From NCBI GenBank assembly GCA_963665095.1, contig OY762069.1, forward strand, positions 4,032,001 through 4,096,000: 64,000 nt of DNA, read 5' to 3'. Every line of letters starts with the position of its first letter. The stretch's first letter is position 1. The notes below the pieces were generated by a model, which did no database searches, was not told the origin of the DNA, and saw only the letters and a program-made list of their open reading frames with translations. Positions 38,444 through 47,481 of this stretch are shown piece after piece. Made by a program: the position numbers and the translations under genes. The DNA is from an uncultured Desulfobacter sp. GTDB lineage: Bacteria; Desulfobacterota; Desulfobacteria; Desulfobacterales; Desulfobacteraceae.

Positions 38444-40954
38444 ATGACTAAGATCCTGCAAAAAATCGGTCCGGGCAAAAGGATGCGAACAGAGCTGATT
38501 CTGGTCGCTTCTCTGGCATGTTTTCTGCCACTATTTCTGCTGTTGTGCAATGCATGTTCTTCAAAAAACATTGTCTCGTTGCCGGCATCAGAACAAATAG
38601 CTGACGCACAGACTGTTGACGTACAGGTTGCTGACGCACAGATTGTCGAAACACCCATCCCCGTGGAAGAAAACCATGCAGACAAAAAAAATCCGTCTGA
38701 CATCCAAACCAGACAGATCGCCCATAATCTGCAATGGAATGTACCTGCCATCAATATTGCTGTTGACGCAAATGGTACAGACAGCGTGCTGCAATGGGAC
38801 GTGCCGGAAAACACCTCCTACCTTGAACGACTCATCCGTTCCGAGAATCATTTCGGCAACCTGGAAAAGGGAAAGCATAAGGACTGTTCTCTTGCCCAGC
38901 TGGAAAAACTTGTCGATACCAGCAAGGATGTCAGCGCAGAGACAGCCGTGCTTGAGGAACTGATCAGCCGCCTGGAGCATGAAAAAGGCATTTCAGGTTT
39001 GCAGATCATCGGATTTGCCAGGACCGGGTATACCAATGAGGAATTGACCAACGGAGATCGAAGAGAGTATTACCCCACCCAGGTTTCAGCCGGCATTACC
39101 TATCCCCTTTTCGGTAAGCTGACTGAGCAGCGGAACAGCCTTTTCGAACTTGAAACAGATATCAAGAATGAAAAACATATCATTGCCATGAAACGCAGCA
39201 ATGCAATTGAAAACCTGCGCCAGCATTATATTTTGCTGTGGGGCAGCGAGCAGAAGGTGGCCCTTGCCAACGCCTTTTTCAATCAGCAGGATGTGTATGA
39301 ACATACCCTTGAACACCGACTTTCCACCGGCCATCTGCTCAAGGCCGATTACCTTGAATTCATTGCCATGTTTGATGTGGTGGCCCGGGACAGAGCCATA
39401 AGCCTCGCCGCCTGTCAGCGGGCACGCGACATCATTCACTCCCTGACCGGTGTACGCCCCGGTGTCCCATTGCAATCTGCCCCGGATCTGCCGGTACATA
39501 CCGAAGATACGGCGGCAGCAGTCGCATCTGTTGCCTGTGATCCGGAAATACTGATGCTCCAGAACCAAATTGAAAGCCAGCTTAAAGTGCTGAAAAATTC
39601 TTCGGGTATTGATATTAAAGGCAATATTTCTGCCCGGGGATTTGTGGGGAGTTCAGAGGATGTAAACACCGATATAGGCTATGGTGCCCTTGTCTCTCTT
39701 GATCTTGTCATGCCTTCCAATCCCTTCCATGCGGATAAAACCAACCGGCTCTATGAATTACGAAAATTATCGCGTCTGCAAAGCCAGCTTAAATCCCGGA
39801 CCCGGGCTTTGAAACTTGAAATCGCAAGCAGACTGAGAACCATCTTTGCCGACCGCCAGAACAGGGTCTTTGCCCTGACCCGGCTTGAGACATCAGCAGA
39901 ACACCTGCGGGAACGGACAGCCCGCATCGGCAGGATTGACGGAGATGTGCTTGAACGGGTCATCCGGGCCAGACACGACTATTACAGGTGTGCCTACGAC
40001 CTTATCGATCTGGAAGTGGTAATGATGCAGCATATCTCCCGGCTGCTGCAGCTGACCCCGGAAAAAGAGGAGGAAACCCGGCGATTCTCTTCCCAATTGT
40101 CTGTGATTGGGCCCTTAAATGAAGACACCAGTGCACCGATCAAAAACAGTGCGCCCGCCTCAGATCCGCCTGTTGTACAGGTCGGGGAGGGGAAAATCGG
40201 GGTTTACATCTGGAAAAGCCGGCCGGTGCTCAACGGCACCATACCATTGGAGCAGTTTAAGGAAAAAGGAATCTCACACCTTCTGCTCTCCTTTGACCGG
40301 GAACAACTGGACAGCCTTTCCATCCCGGAACGGGCCGCCCATGTCCTGCAATTTCTGCGGGCCTGTGCTGAAAACAATTTAAAAGCGTTCATGCTGTTAG
40401 GAGAGCCCACCTGGATTCTGCCGGAATCAAGAGGGGACCTGATGTCCATTCTTTCCCTGACCAACCGGTTCCCCTTTGACGGGGTCCATCTTGATCTTGA
40501 ACCCTGTCAGCTGGATGTGGAGCACTACGGTCTTGAATATCTGAGTTCCCAGCTTTTAAAAACCGTACAGATGGCTGCAGACACCTGTGAACATCCCCTT
40601 GAACTCAGCCTCCACCCCAGGATGTTTGACAGAGAAGAAACCCGCATCTGTTTTGGCTGCGCCCTTGCCAATATCCATATTGATAAGGCCGTAATGATGA
40701 TCTACAGGACAGACTCCCAACAGGTGCTGCAGCGTATAAATACCATTGCCGCACAATATCCCCGTATCCGTTTCGGACTGGCTGCCAGCGTGGAAAAAGA
40801 TATGGGGAAAACCGTCAGCTTTGCGGACCTCGGGTTAGAAACGTTGAACGATGCACTGCAGCAGTACACCGCCCGGGAACCGGCATCCAGGTGGCACGGG
40901 GATGTTTATATTCAGGACTGGGCATCACTTCAGGAGATGAACGAAACGCCATGA
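38444..40954 (+). CDS. Outer-membrane-factor (TolC-like) lipoprotein fused to a glycoside-hydrolase-like C-terminal domain
   Basis: Lipobox-like LLLCNAC; two repeats of helix/beta-strand pattern (ITYPLFG; LDLVMP); C-terminal FDGVHLDLEP resembling GH18 DxxDxDxE; start could be 38483. Confidence 0.65.
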   Translation: MTKILQKIGPGKRMRTELILVASLACFLPLFLLLCNACSSKNIVSLPASEQIADAQTVDVQVADAQIVETPIPVEENHADKKNPSDIQTRQIAHNLQWNVPAINIAVDANGTDSVLQWDVPENTSYLERLIRSENHFGNLEKGKHKDCSLAQLEKLVDTSKDVSAETAVLEELISRLEHEKGISGLQIIGFARTGYTNEELTNGDRREYYPTQVSAGITYPLFGKLTEQRNSLFELETDIKNEKHIIAMKRSNAIENLRQHYILLWGSEQKVALANAFFNQQDVYEHTLEHRLSTGHLLKADYLEFIAMFDVVARDRAISLAACQRARDIIHSLTGVRPGVPLQSAPDLPVHTEDTAAAVASVACDPEILMLQNQIESQLKVLKNSSGIDIKGNISARGFVGSSEDVNTDIGYGALVSLDLVMPSNPFHADKTNRLYELRKLSRLQSQLKSRTRALKLEIASRLRTIFADRQNRVFALTRLETSAEHLRERTARIGRIDGDVLERVIRARHDYYRCAYDLIDLEVVMMQHISRLLQLTPEKEEETRRFSSQLSVIGPLNEDTSAPIKNSAPASDPPVVQVGEGKIGVYIWKSRPVLNGTIPLEQFKEKGISHLLLSFDREQLDSLSIPERAAHVLQFLRACAENNLKAFMLLGEPTWILPESRGDLMSILSLTNRFPFDGVHLDLEPCQLDVEHYGLEYLSSQLLKTVQMAADTCEHPLELSLHPRMFDREETRICFGCALANIHIDKAVMMIYRTDSQQVLQRINTIAAQYPRIRFGLAASVEKDMGKTVSFADLGLETLNDALQQYTAREPASRWHGDVYIQDWASLQEMNETP

Positions 40955-42072
40955 AAATTAATTTTACAAAAAAAAAGGCTCATCCGAAAACTGAGGGCAA
41001 TATCGCCGTCACCTATGGCCCGGCAAAGCGTGTCGCCTCCTATCTGAAGTGGCGGCTGACCATATTGCTTGTGCTGAGCCCTTTTATTTACTTTCTGCTC
41101 AAACTGCTGTTCTCTTTTTTCATTGCACCGTCAACAGGGTTTATCTCCCTTGATGTGATGAACTATTACAGTCCGGGAAACGGAATTGTTGTGGAGACGT
41201 ATGCCGAAAAGGGGGCATCTGTTGAAAAAGGCGATCTGCTTGTTGTCCTGAGAAATATAAATATGGAAAACACACTGGCCCAGTTGAATACCCGCCTGCG
41301 TTTTGTCAACGAGCGTGTCCAGGAACCGGAACCGTCCGACAACCGGGGAGATATCTTAAGATCACAGTTGCACAGGGCCAAAAAATCCCTGGCCTTTGTG
41401 GAGAGCCGGTATAAAGACACCTGCTTTCTTTTTGAGCAGGGTGCCGCCACCTTGGCAGAACTGGCCAGTGCCAAAGACCAGCTTGATATACGCAGAGAAA
41501 GAATTTTAACGCTTCAGTCTGCCTTAAGTCAATGGCAGCAGAACCGGCAGGACCGGACCAGCCGCTTTAACGATGACTTTGGCAAAATAATGGCGGAAAA
41601 AGCCCAGCTGGAGCAGCAAATCGCTCAGTTGGGAGACCAGCTGGGACAGTACCGGATTAAAGCGGTTGAACAGGGACGGGTGATTGCCGCCAATATCAAA
41701 CCGGATCAATATGTCACCATTGGCGACTCCCTGCTGGCGGTGACCCATCAGGACGGTGTGAGAATCACCGCCTTTCTGCCTCCCAAACAGACAAGCCTGG
41801 CACCTGTGGGAAAAGAGCTTGATGTCATTCTGCCGTCAAAAACTGTGGTCAGGGCGGTTGTCCAGTACGAGGCCCATGATACCGGGCGGCTGCCGGCTTA
41901 TCTGTCCACCCCCATGCTGGGACGTCAGAGAATGGTGGTTGTGGATCTTAAGCCCCTGTCCCCCATACCGCCGGAAGAGATGGTTGACGGGTTGCCTGTG
42001 GAAGTCATGTTTGATACCAAATATCAAAGACTGTGGCAGCGATTCAAAAACGCGATTAAGGCGATATTTTAA
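40951..42072 (+). CDS. HlyD/membrane-fusion periplasmic adaptor protein
   Basis: N-terminal TM, lipoyl half-motifs (GASVEKGDLL; AVEQGRV..V.IGDSLL) flanking a long coiled-coil hairpin; ATGA overlap with the upstream gene. Confidence 0.85.
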   Translation: MKINFTKKKAHPKTEGNIAVTYGPAKRVASYLKWRLTILLVLSPFIYFLLKLLFSFFIAPSTGFISLDVMNYYSPGNGIVVETYAEKGASVEKGDLLVVLRNINMENTLAQLNTRLRFVNERVQEPEPSDNRGDILRSQLHRAKKSLAFVESRYKDTCFLFEQGAATLAELASAKDQLDIRRERILTLQSALSQWQQNRQDRTSRFNDDFGKIMAEKAQLEQQIAQLGDQLGQYRIKAVEQGRVIAANIKPDQYVTIGDSLLAVTHQDGVRITAFLPPKQTSLAPVGKELDVILPSKTVVRAVVQYEAHDTGRLPAYLSTPMLGRQRMVVVDLKPLSPIPPEEMVDGLPVEVMFDTKYQRLWQRFKNAIKAIF

Positions 42073-42159
42073 TATCTCTATGGTGTCTGCTGCAAGGGCC
42101 GCATCCCTGCAGTTCCGGCTGCGGCCTTAAAACAGGTAGGCCTGGTATAACGGCCATGC

Positions 42160-43761
42160 CTATACCGGTTCCGGGTCTGCCGCGGAAGAGTGCGGTGTAC
42201 CAAGGGCCGGGGCAGACTTAGAAACATGGATCAGATAATGTTCCGTGGTCAACTGTTCCTCCAGAGGAGGGTCCCCCAGCCAGCGACGGAGACGTTTCCA
42301 TGTGCCCACCTCAAGTGCCCCCCGGGGGGAACGCAGGCTTCCGTCACTCCCTGTCTCCCTGAACCTGAGCCGCCGGCTTTTCACATCAACACCCCTGCTT
42401 GAAAACAATGTCTGAACGCTGTCAATATGAAGTCCGTAACGGTCTGCATGCCGTGCAAAGTGGGTCCGGTCAAACAGGACAAAGGCACTGGCAGTGAAGC
42501 TGTGGACATGGGGGTATACCCCGATGAGGAACTCCAGGGTCTGGTCCAGGTCCTGATCCGTGGATGTGGGCAGTCCGAAAATCATGAGCGCAGTGCTGGC
42601 AATGCCCACGGCAGCCGCATCCTCAAGAACCTTTCGAATATCGGTAACATTTGTCCCTTTGTTAATGAGGTCAAGCAAGCGCTGGGAACCGGTTTCCACA
42701 CCCCAGCCGATCCACCGGCATCCGGCCGCAGCCCACAACGCCATCCGTTCCCGGGTACAGTCAGCCACCGGCCTGCCTAAAATGTGCAGGTTGACGCAGA
42801 GCCCTCTGGCCAGAATAACAGCGGCAATATCATCCATATCCTGTGCTGTAATAAATTCATCTGCCGAATAGAAATGGTGGACATGAAATTGACGGCACGC
42901 CTGTTCCATCTCAAGTACAAAGGCCTGTGCCGCTTTCTTCCGGTATCCGCCAAAGGAGAAGTTATGGGTGCAAAAACGACAGCGCCGCCAGGCACATCCC
43001 CGGGAAAAGAGTACGGGCAGGACCGGCACAGGGTTTAAATAGGCATCCAGGGGCAGCTGTGAAAAATCCGGCGCCGGCAGACCATCCAGGCAAAGGGATC
43101 TGGCCCTGGGATTGGCACGGATGGTGCCCTGGTCCCGGAAAACAAGGCCGGGCACCGATGCCAGGTCTTTTCCGGCACAAAGGGCGGCACAGGCCGCCTC
43201 CCCCTCCCCTTCAACCACCCCGTCAATTTCCGGCACGGCTTCCAGCAGCTCACGGATATTTAGTGCAGACATCATGGCCCCGCCCAGAACAATCCTGCAG
43301 CCGGAAGCCTGTCGCAACGCCCGGGCCAGGGCAGCAGCAAAGGGAACCTGCTCGGGAAAAAGAACGGAAATCCCCACAAGTTCAGGATCAAAATCCAGTA
43401 ACTGGCCGGTCAGGGCACCCAGAAAATTCAAAAACAGGGCATCTGCCTCCCCTGTGGACAGAAAGGTCTCGGCCTGATGCCCCATCTCCGCCATGCTTCT
43501 GCGAAGCTGATCCCACGTCTGTTTATGCGCCAGGGTCTGGTCAGCATTGAAGAACTCACCCTTTTTTCCTGAAAGAAACGCCATCAGGTCCATGCCCGAA
43601 GGGTGGACACTGGCCAGCCGCATCCAGGCGGCAAGGTTCAGGTCAGCCAGACGGACAGCCGTGCCGGGCACGGTTGCTTCCATATAGGGGGCCAGGGTTG
43701 CAATACCCAGAGGGACGTAGGTGGCACTGGCTCTGGGCGGGAAGGCAAGCACAACCCGCAT
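42160..43761 (-). CDS. Cobalamin-binding domain radical SAM protein
   Basis: VGIS..IVLGG..GEGE B12-binding region; SRGCAWRRCRFC cluster motif; GVETGSQRLL; IFGLP. Confidence 0.88.
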   Translation of the reverse strand: MRVVLAFPPRASATYVPLGIATLAPYMEATVPGTAVRLADLNLAAWMRLASVHPSGMDLMAFLSGKKGEFFNADQTLAHKQTWDQLRRSMAEMGHQAETFLSTGEADALFLNFLGALTGQLLDFDPELVGISVLFPEQVPFAAALARALRQASGCRIVLGGAMMSALNIRELLEAVPEIDGVVEGEGEAACAALCAGKDLASVPGLVFRDQGTIRANPRARSLCLDGLPAPDFSQLPLDAYLNPVPVLPVLFSRGCAWRRCRFCTHNFSFGGYRKKAAQAFVLEMEQACRQFHVHHFYSADEFITAQDMDDIAAVILARGLCVNLHILGRPVADCTRERMALWAAAGCRWIGWGVETGSQRLLDLINKGTNVTDIRKVLEDAAAVGIASTALMIFGLPTSTDQDLDQTLEFLIGVYPHVHSFTASAFVLFDRTHFARHADRYGLHIDSVQTLFSSRGVDVKSRRLRFRETGSDGSLRSPRGALEVGTWKRLRRWLGDPPLEEQLTTEHYLIHVSKSAPALGTPHSSAADPEPV

Positions 43762-43871
43762 GATGCGTATCTCCTGTTATTCCGGTTCATTAAGCCCTGA
43801 ACATCGGGGCGATATCATTTAGCACCATTTATACTAAGTTTCAAGTCCAATTCAATTTATGCAATTTCTGG

Positions 43872-44696
43872 TTATGCCATGCCACCCCCCTCCCATATGG
43901 CATAAAAATGGTGGACCGGGCCATGCCCGCTGCCGGTCTGATAAACAGCGCCGGCCTTAAGCGCATCGGTAATATAATCTTTTGCCTGATCAACCGCGGA
44001 TCTTAAATCAAGCCCCCGGGCAAGCCCCGCGGCAATGGCCGATGACAGGGTGCAGCCGGTACCATGACTGTTAGGGGTATCCACCCGGACGGCCGGGTAC
44101 TCCCTGATCATGCCTGAACCCGGCTCATAGAGCAGATCCACACTCTGCCCGGCGGATAAATGCCCGCCTTTTACCAGCACATTACCAGCCCCCAGGGCGG
44201 CCAGATCTCTGGCGGCTGCTGCCATTTTTTCCAGGGTATCTATTTCCCGGCCCAGAAGCGCGGACGCCTCTGGCAGATTCGGGGAGATCACTGTGGCCAG
44301 GGGCAACAACCGCTCTTTCAAGGCAGCCACAGCGTCATCCCGGAGCAGTTTGTCCCCGGATTTTGAGACCATGACCGGGTCCAGCACCACATTGGGGCAA
44401 TGCCACTGTTCCAGCCGGTCTGCCACGGCCTCAATGACCTGTGGGGAGTGGAGCATCCCGATTTTCACAGCATCTGTGCCAATATCCGCCATAACCGCAT
44501 CAATCTGTGCCCCGATAAACTCCGGTGCCACAGGAAAAATCCCTGTAACCTCCCTGGTGTTCTGGGCCGTAAGTGCCGTAACCGCAGACATGCCAAATAC
44601 CCCCAAGGCGCTGAAGGTTTTCAGATCGGCCTGGATCCCGGCGCCGCCGCCGCTGTCCGAACCTGCAATGGTGAGTGCGCGAAAATATGTTTTCAA
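43872..44696 (-). CDS. thiD: Hydroxymethylpyrimidine/phosphomethylpyrimidine kinase
   Basis: [37 protein letters not shown]. Confidence 0.97.
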   Translation of the reverse strand: MKTYFRALTIAGSDSGGGAGIQADLKTFSALGVFGMSAVTALTAQNTREVTGIFPVAPEFIGAQIDAVMADIGTDAVKIGMLHSPQVIEAVADRLEQWHCPNVVLDPVMVSKSGDKLLRDDAVAALKERLLPLATVISPNLPEASALLGREIDTLEKMAAAARDLAALGAGNVLVKGGHLSAGQSVDLLYEPGSGMIREYPAVRVDTPNSHGTGCTLSSAIAAGLARGLDLRSAVDQAKDYITDALKAGAVYQTGSGHGPVHHFYAIWEGGGMA

Positions 44697-44708
44697 GGCA
44701 TCCTCCTT

Positions 44709-45647
44709 TTATTCCCAGGTATAAATAAGCTTAGCGGCATCCACCCGATGCTCGATCAATTTGTATTTCAAAGCAAAATCGGCAAAAGCCTGCCACTTTG
44801 CCGGATCATTGGCCTGCCCTGGCTCGGCATAATATGCACAAGTCAGTGAGAATGCCTTTGTCTCCGTCTCCCTGTCCACATCGGGCAGGGCATTCAGGTA
44901 GATGGCCAGGGCTTTGTCCGGATCTTTTCTGATATCAGCCAGGGCCCTGTGAATGGCGACAACAAAACCACGGACCGCCTCTTTTTTCTTTTCAAGGGCA
45001 GTCGGACCGGCCACAAAAATCAGCTCTTCATAGTCCGGGATGCCAAACTTTTCCAGCTCAAAAAACCGGGGTTCCACCCCATGCTGACGCATGGTCACGG
45101 TTTCATAGGTCTTGAACGGCCCCATGACAGCACTTACCTGCTTTGAGGCCAGTGCCGGCAGGATGGTGAAGCCCACATTCACCGGTGTATACGCTTTTAT
45201 CCCGTTAATATCGGCAAAGCCTTTGAGCAGCACGTCCATCAGTCCCGGTACCGTGTAGCCGATTTTTCTGCCGGACAGATCCGAGGGCTTTTTAATGGAT
45301 TCATCCACAAAAAGCAGGGTGGTCAGCGGCTGCACCACCAGGGGAGCCACGGCCCGGATGTCAAGGCCCTGGTCTTTTGCAATAATGGTCTGGGGCTGAT
45401 AGGATACAGCCAGGTCAATTTTTCCCGCCGCAACAAGCTTCAGTGCATCAGATGTTTCTGACGGCACAATGATCTCAAGATCCACGCCCTGGTCGGCAAA
45501 GTATCCTGATGCCCTGGCCAGGTAGACAGGCAGATGATCTACATTGGGGAACCAGTCCAGCATCAGGGTCAGCTTCTGGGCACCTGCTGCAGGGGCGGCC
45601 AGCGCCATGGCCGCCAGAATTAACACAGTGATGATTTTTTTCTTCAT
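44709..45647 (-). CDS. NMT1/THI5-like (ThiY-type) ABC substrate-binding protein
   Basis: Signal peptide, [24 protein letters not shown]; under TPP riboswitch. Confidence 0.88.
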   Translation of the reverse strand: MKKKIITVLILAAMALAAPAAGAQKLTLMLDWFPNVDHLPVYLARASGYFADQGVDLEIIVPSETSDALKLVAAGKIDLAVSYQPQTIIAKDQGLDIRAVAPLVVQPLTTLLFVDESIKKPSDLSGRKIGYTVPGLMDVLLKGFADINGIKAYTPVNVGFTILPALASKQVSAVMGPFKTYETVTMRQHGVEPRFFELEKFGIPDYEELIFVAGPTALEKKKEAVRGFVVAIHRALADIRKDPDKALAIYLNALPDVDRETETKAFSLTCAYYAEPGQANDPAKWQAFADFALKYKLIEHRVDAAKLIYTWE

Positions 45648-45660
45648 AGTCTTCTTTCCT

Positions 45661-46416
45661 TTACTTTACAGATTTCCATGTAACCATACGTTTTTCCAAT
45701 ATGTGAACCAGCCCCCACAACCCCACCCCCATGACGGTCAACCAGAGGATACAGGCAAAGACCAGTTCCGTTTTCAGCCTGGCATTGGACTGAATCATCA
45801 GGTACCCCAGGCCCTTTTGGGCGCCCACCCACTCGCCGATCACCGCCCCGATGGTGGCCACGGACACCCCGACCCTGAGCCCTGAAAAAAACTGGGGCAG
45901 GGCCCAGGGCCAGTATAGCAGGCGCAGTTTCAGCCGGAAGCCGGCACCCATGAGGGTGAACAGCCGGCGGTAATCCGGGTCGCAGCTCTTCAGGCCGGAC
46001 AACAGACTGACCGTGATGGGGAAAAAAATGATCACCCAGGCCATAAACACCTTGGACCAGATCCCGTAGCCCAGCCAGATCACCAGCAGCGGGGCCAGGG
46101 CAAATACCGGGATGGCCTGGGAGGCCACCAAAATAGGTGCCAGCCCCTTTTCAACACCTGGCATGGCAAACATGAGCACAGCCAGGGGGATGGATGTGAC
46201 AAGGGCCAGCCCAATGCCAAGCACGATTTCCAGTGCCGTGGCAAGGGCATGGGGCCAGATCAGGCCTGCGTTCATCACAGCACACCGGAAAACCGCAGAT
46301 GGCGGGGGCAGAATAAACCCGGGAATCTGCCAAAGATGCACCCCAATTTCCCATATTCCCAAAAACCCAAAACAAAGAACCGTCGGCATGACCAGCCCGG
46401 AAATCTTTATACCCAT
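45661..46416 (-). CDS. ABC permease (ThiX/SsuC-like)
   Basis: LPPPS, QAIPVFALAP, GAVIGEW...GLG. Confidence 0.9.
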   Translation of the reverse strand: MGIKISGLVMPTVLCFGFLGIWEIGVHLWQIPGFILPPPSAVFRCAVMNAGLIWPHALATALEIVLGIGLALVTSIPLAVLMFAMPGVEKGLAPILVASQAIPVFALAPLLVIWLGYGIWSKVFMAWVIIFFPITVSLLSGLKSCDPDYRRLFTLMGAGFRLKLRLLYWPWALPQFFSGLRVGVSVATIGAVIGEWVGAQKGLGYLMIQSNARLKTELVFACILWLTVMGVGLWGLVHILEKRMVTWKSVK

Positions 46417-47159
46417 GGCAGCACCCGTTGATCCCGCAGCCAGGCAAGGATCTCCAGTTTCATCTGCGAAAACTTCGCAGACCTGAAATCCCGGGGTTTG
46501 GCAGACTCAGGCACAAAGGTCTGAACAATGCTCATGGGGCATGGGCTTAAAACACAGATCTCATCGCCAAGGCACAGGGCCTCGTCAATATCATGGGTAA
46601 TCATGAGAACGGTTTTGTTAAAATCTTTCTGGAGCATGAGCAGCAATCCCTGGAGGGCCTGCCGGGTGATGGCGTCCAGGGCGGACAGCGGCTCATCCAG
46701 CAGCACCAGATCCCGGTCAAACATCAGGGTACGCACCAGGGCGCAGCGCTGGCGCATACCGCCGGAGACCTGGGCGGGGTAATAGGTTTCAAACCCTTTC
46801 AGGCCCATACGGGCAAACAGCTCCCCGGCCCTGGGCGCTGCGATTTTTATCCCGCCGGCAGGACCGGCGGCCCGCACCGGCAGAAGGGCATTTTCCATCA
46901 GGGTCAGCCAGGGCAGCAGCATGTCCTTTTGCTGCATATAGGCGGCATGGGTGCCAAGGTGATCCACAGGGATGCCGTTCCAGGTGATCTGCCCCTGATC
47001 CGGGGGCATCATGCCGGTCAGGCAGTCAAAGAGTGTGGATTTCCCGCAACCGGACGGTCCCACCAGGACGGTAAACCCGCCCGGAGCCAGCGTCAGGCTG
47101 AAATCCTTAAAAATTGTCTGTGAACCCAGTGTCCTGGCAAGGCCAGTAAGCGCAAGCAT
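46407..47159 (-). CDS. ABC ATP-binding protein (ThiZ/SsuB-like)
   Basis: GPSGCGKS, VSGGMRQR, LLDEPLSALD, ITHD. Confidence 0.92.
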   Translation of the reverse strand: MLALTGLARTLGSQTIFKDFSLTLAPGGFTVLVGPSGCGKSTLFDCLTGMMPPDQGQITWNGIPVDHLGTHAAYMQQKDMLLPWLTLMENALLPVRAAGPAGGIKIAAPRAGELFARMGLKGFETYYPAQVSGGMRQRCALVRTLMFDRDLVLLDEPLSALDAITRQALQGLLLMLQKDFNKTVLMITHDIDEALCLGDEICVLSPCPMSIVQTFVPESAKPRDFRSAKFSQMKLEILAWLRDQRVLPWV

Positions 47160-47220
47160 CTCATGTTTCCAACGTTAAATTGATACCGGCAGAGCCATAG
47201 GTGGGATGGGGGGACGGACG

Positions 47221-47316
47221 GGCTTTCCTTCGCCGGTATGATCCGGATCAGGTTCCAGGGGTCGAAACAGGGAATTGTTGTTTCCTCTCAGCCGAATACC
47301 TTCGGCTCCCCCAGCC
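47221..47316 (-). promoter_or_regulatory. TPP riboswitch
   Basis: Minus strand GGGGAGC...GCTGAGAG...ACCC.TGGAACCTGATCCGGATCATACCGGCGAAGGAA, upstream of thiamine salvage genes. Confidence 0.96.
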
Positions 47317-47481
47317 TTCCATTGACAATGCAACTGCGCAGGACTTTAGCACCGGGATCAGCCGGAGTCAAACCCTGATTCATTTAAAGGGTATTTACCA
47401 ATATCAGCTGCCGTGGTAAAAATAAGACATTAAAAATACCGTTCACCTCTTTTATTCACCAATCAGTTTAGGGCAACGTCA

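Noticed and set aside
38600..38650. Short direct repeat GCTGACGCACAGA (ADAQ twice) in the OMF-fusion gene
   Set aside because: Only two copies inside a low-complexity linker; not CRISPR-like or a phase-variable tract
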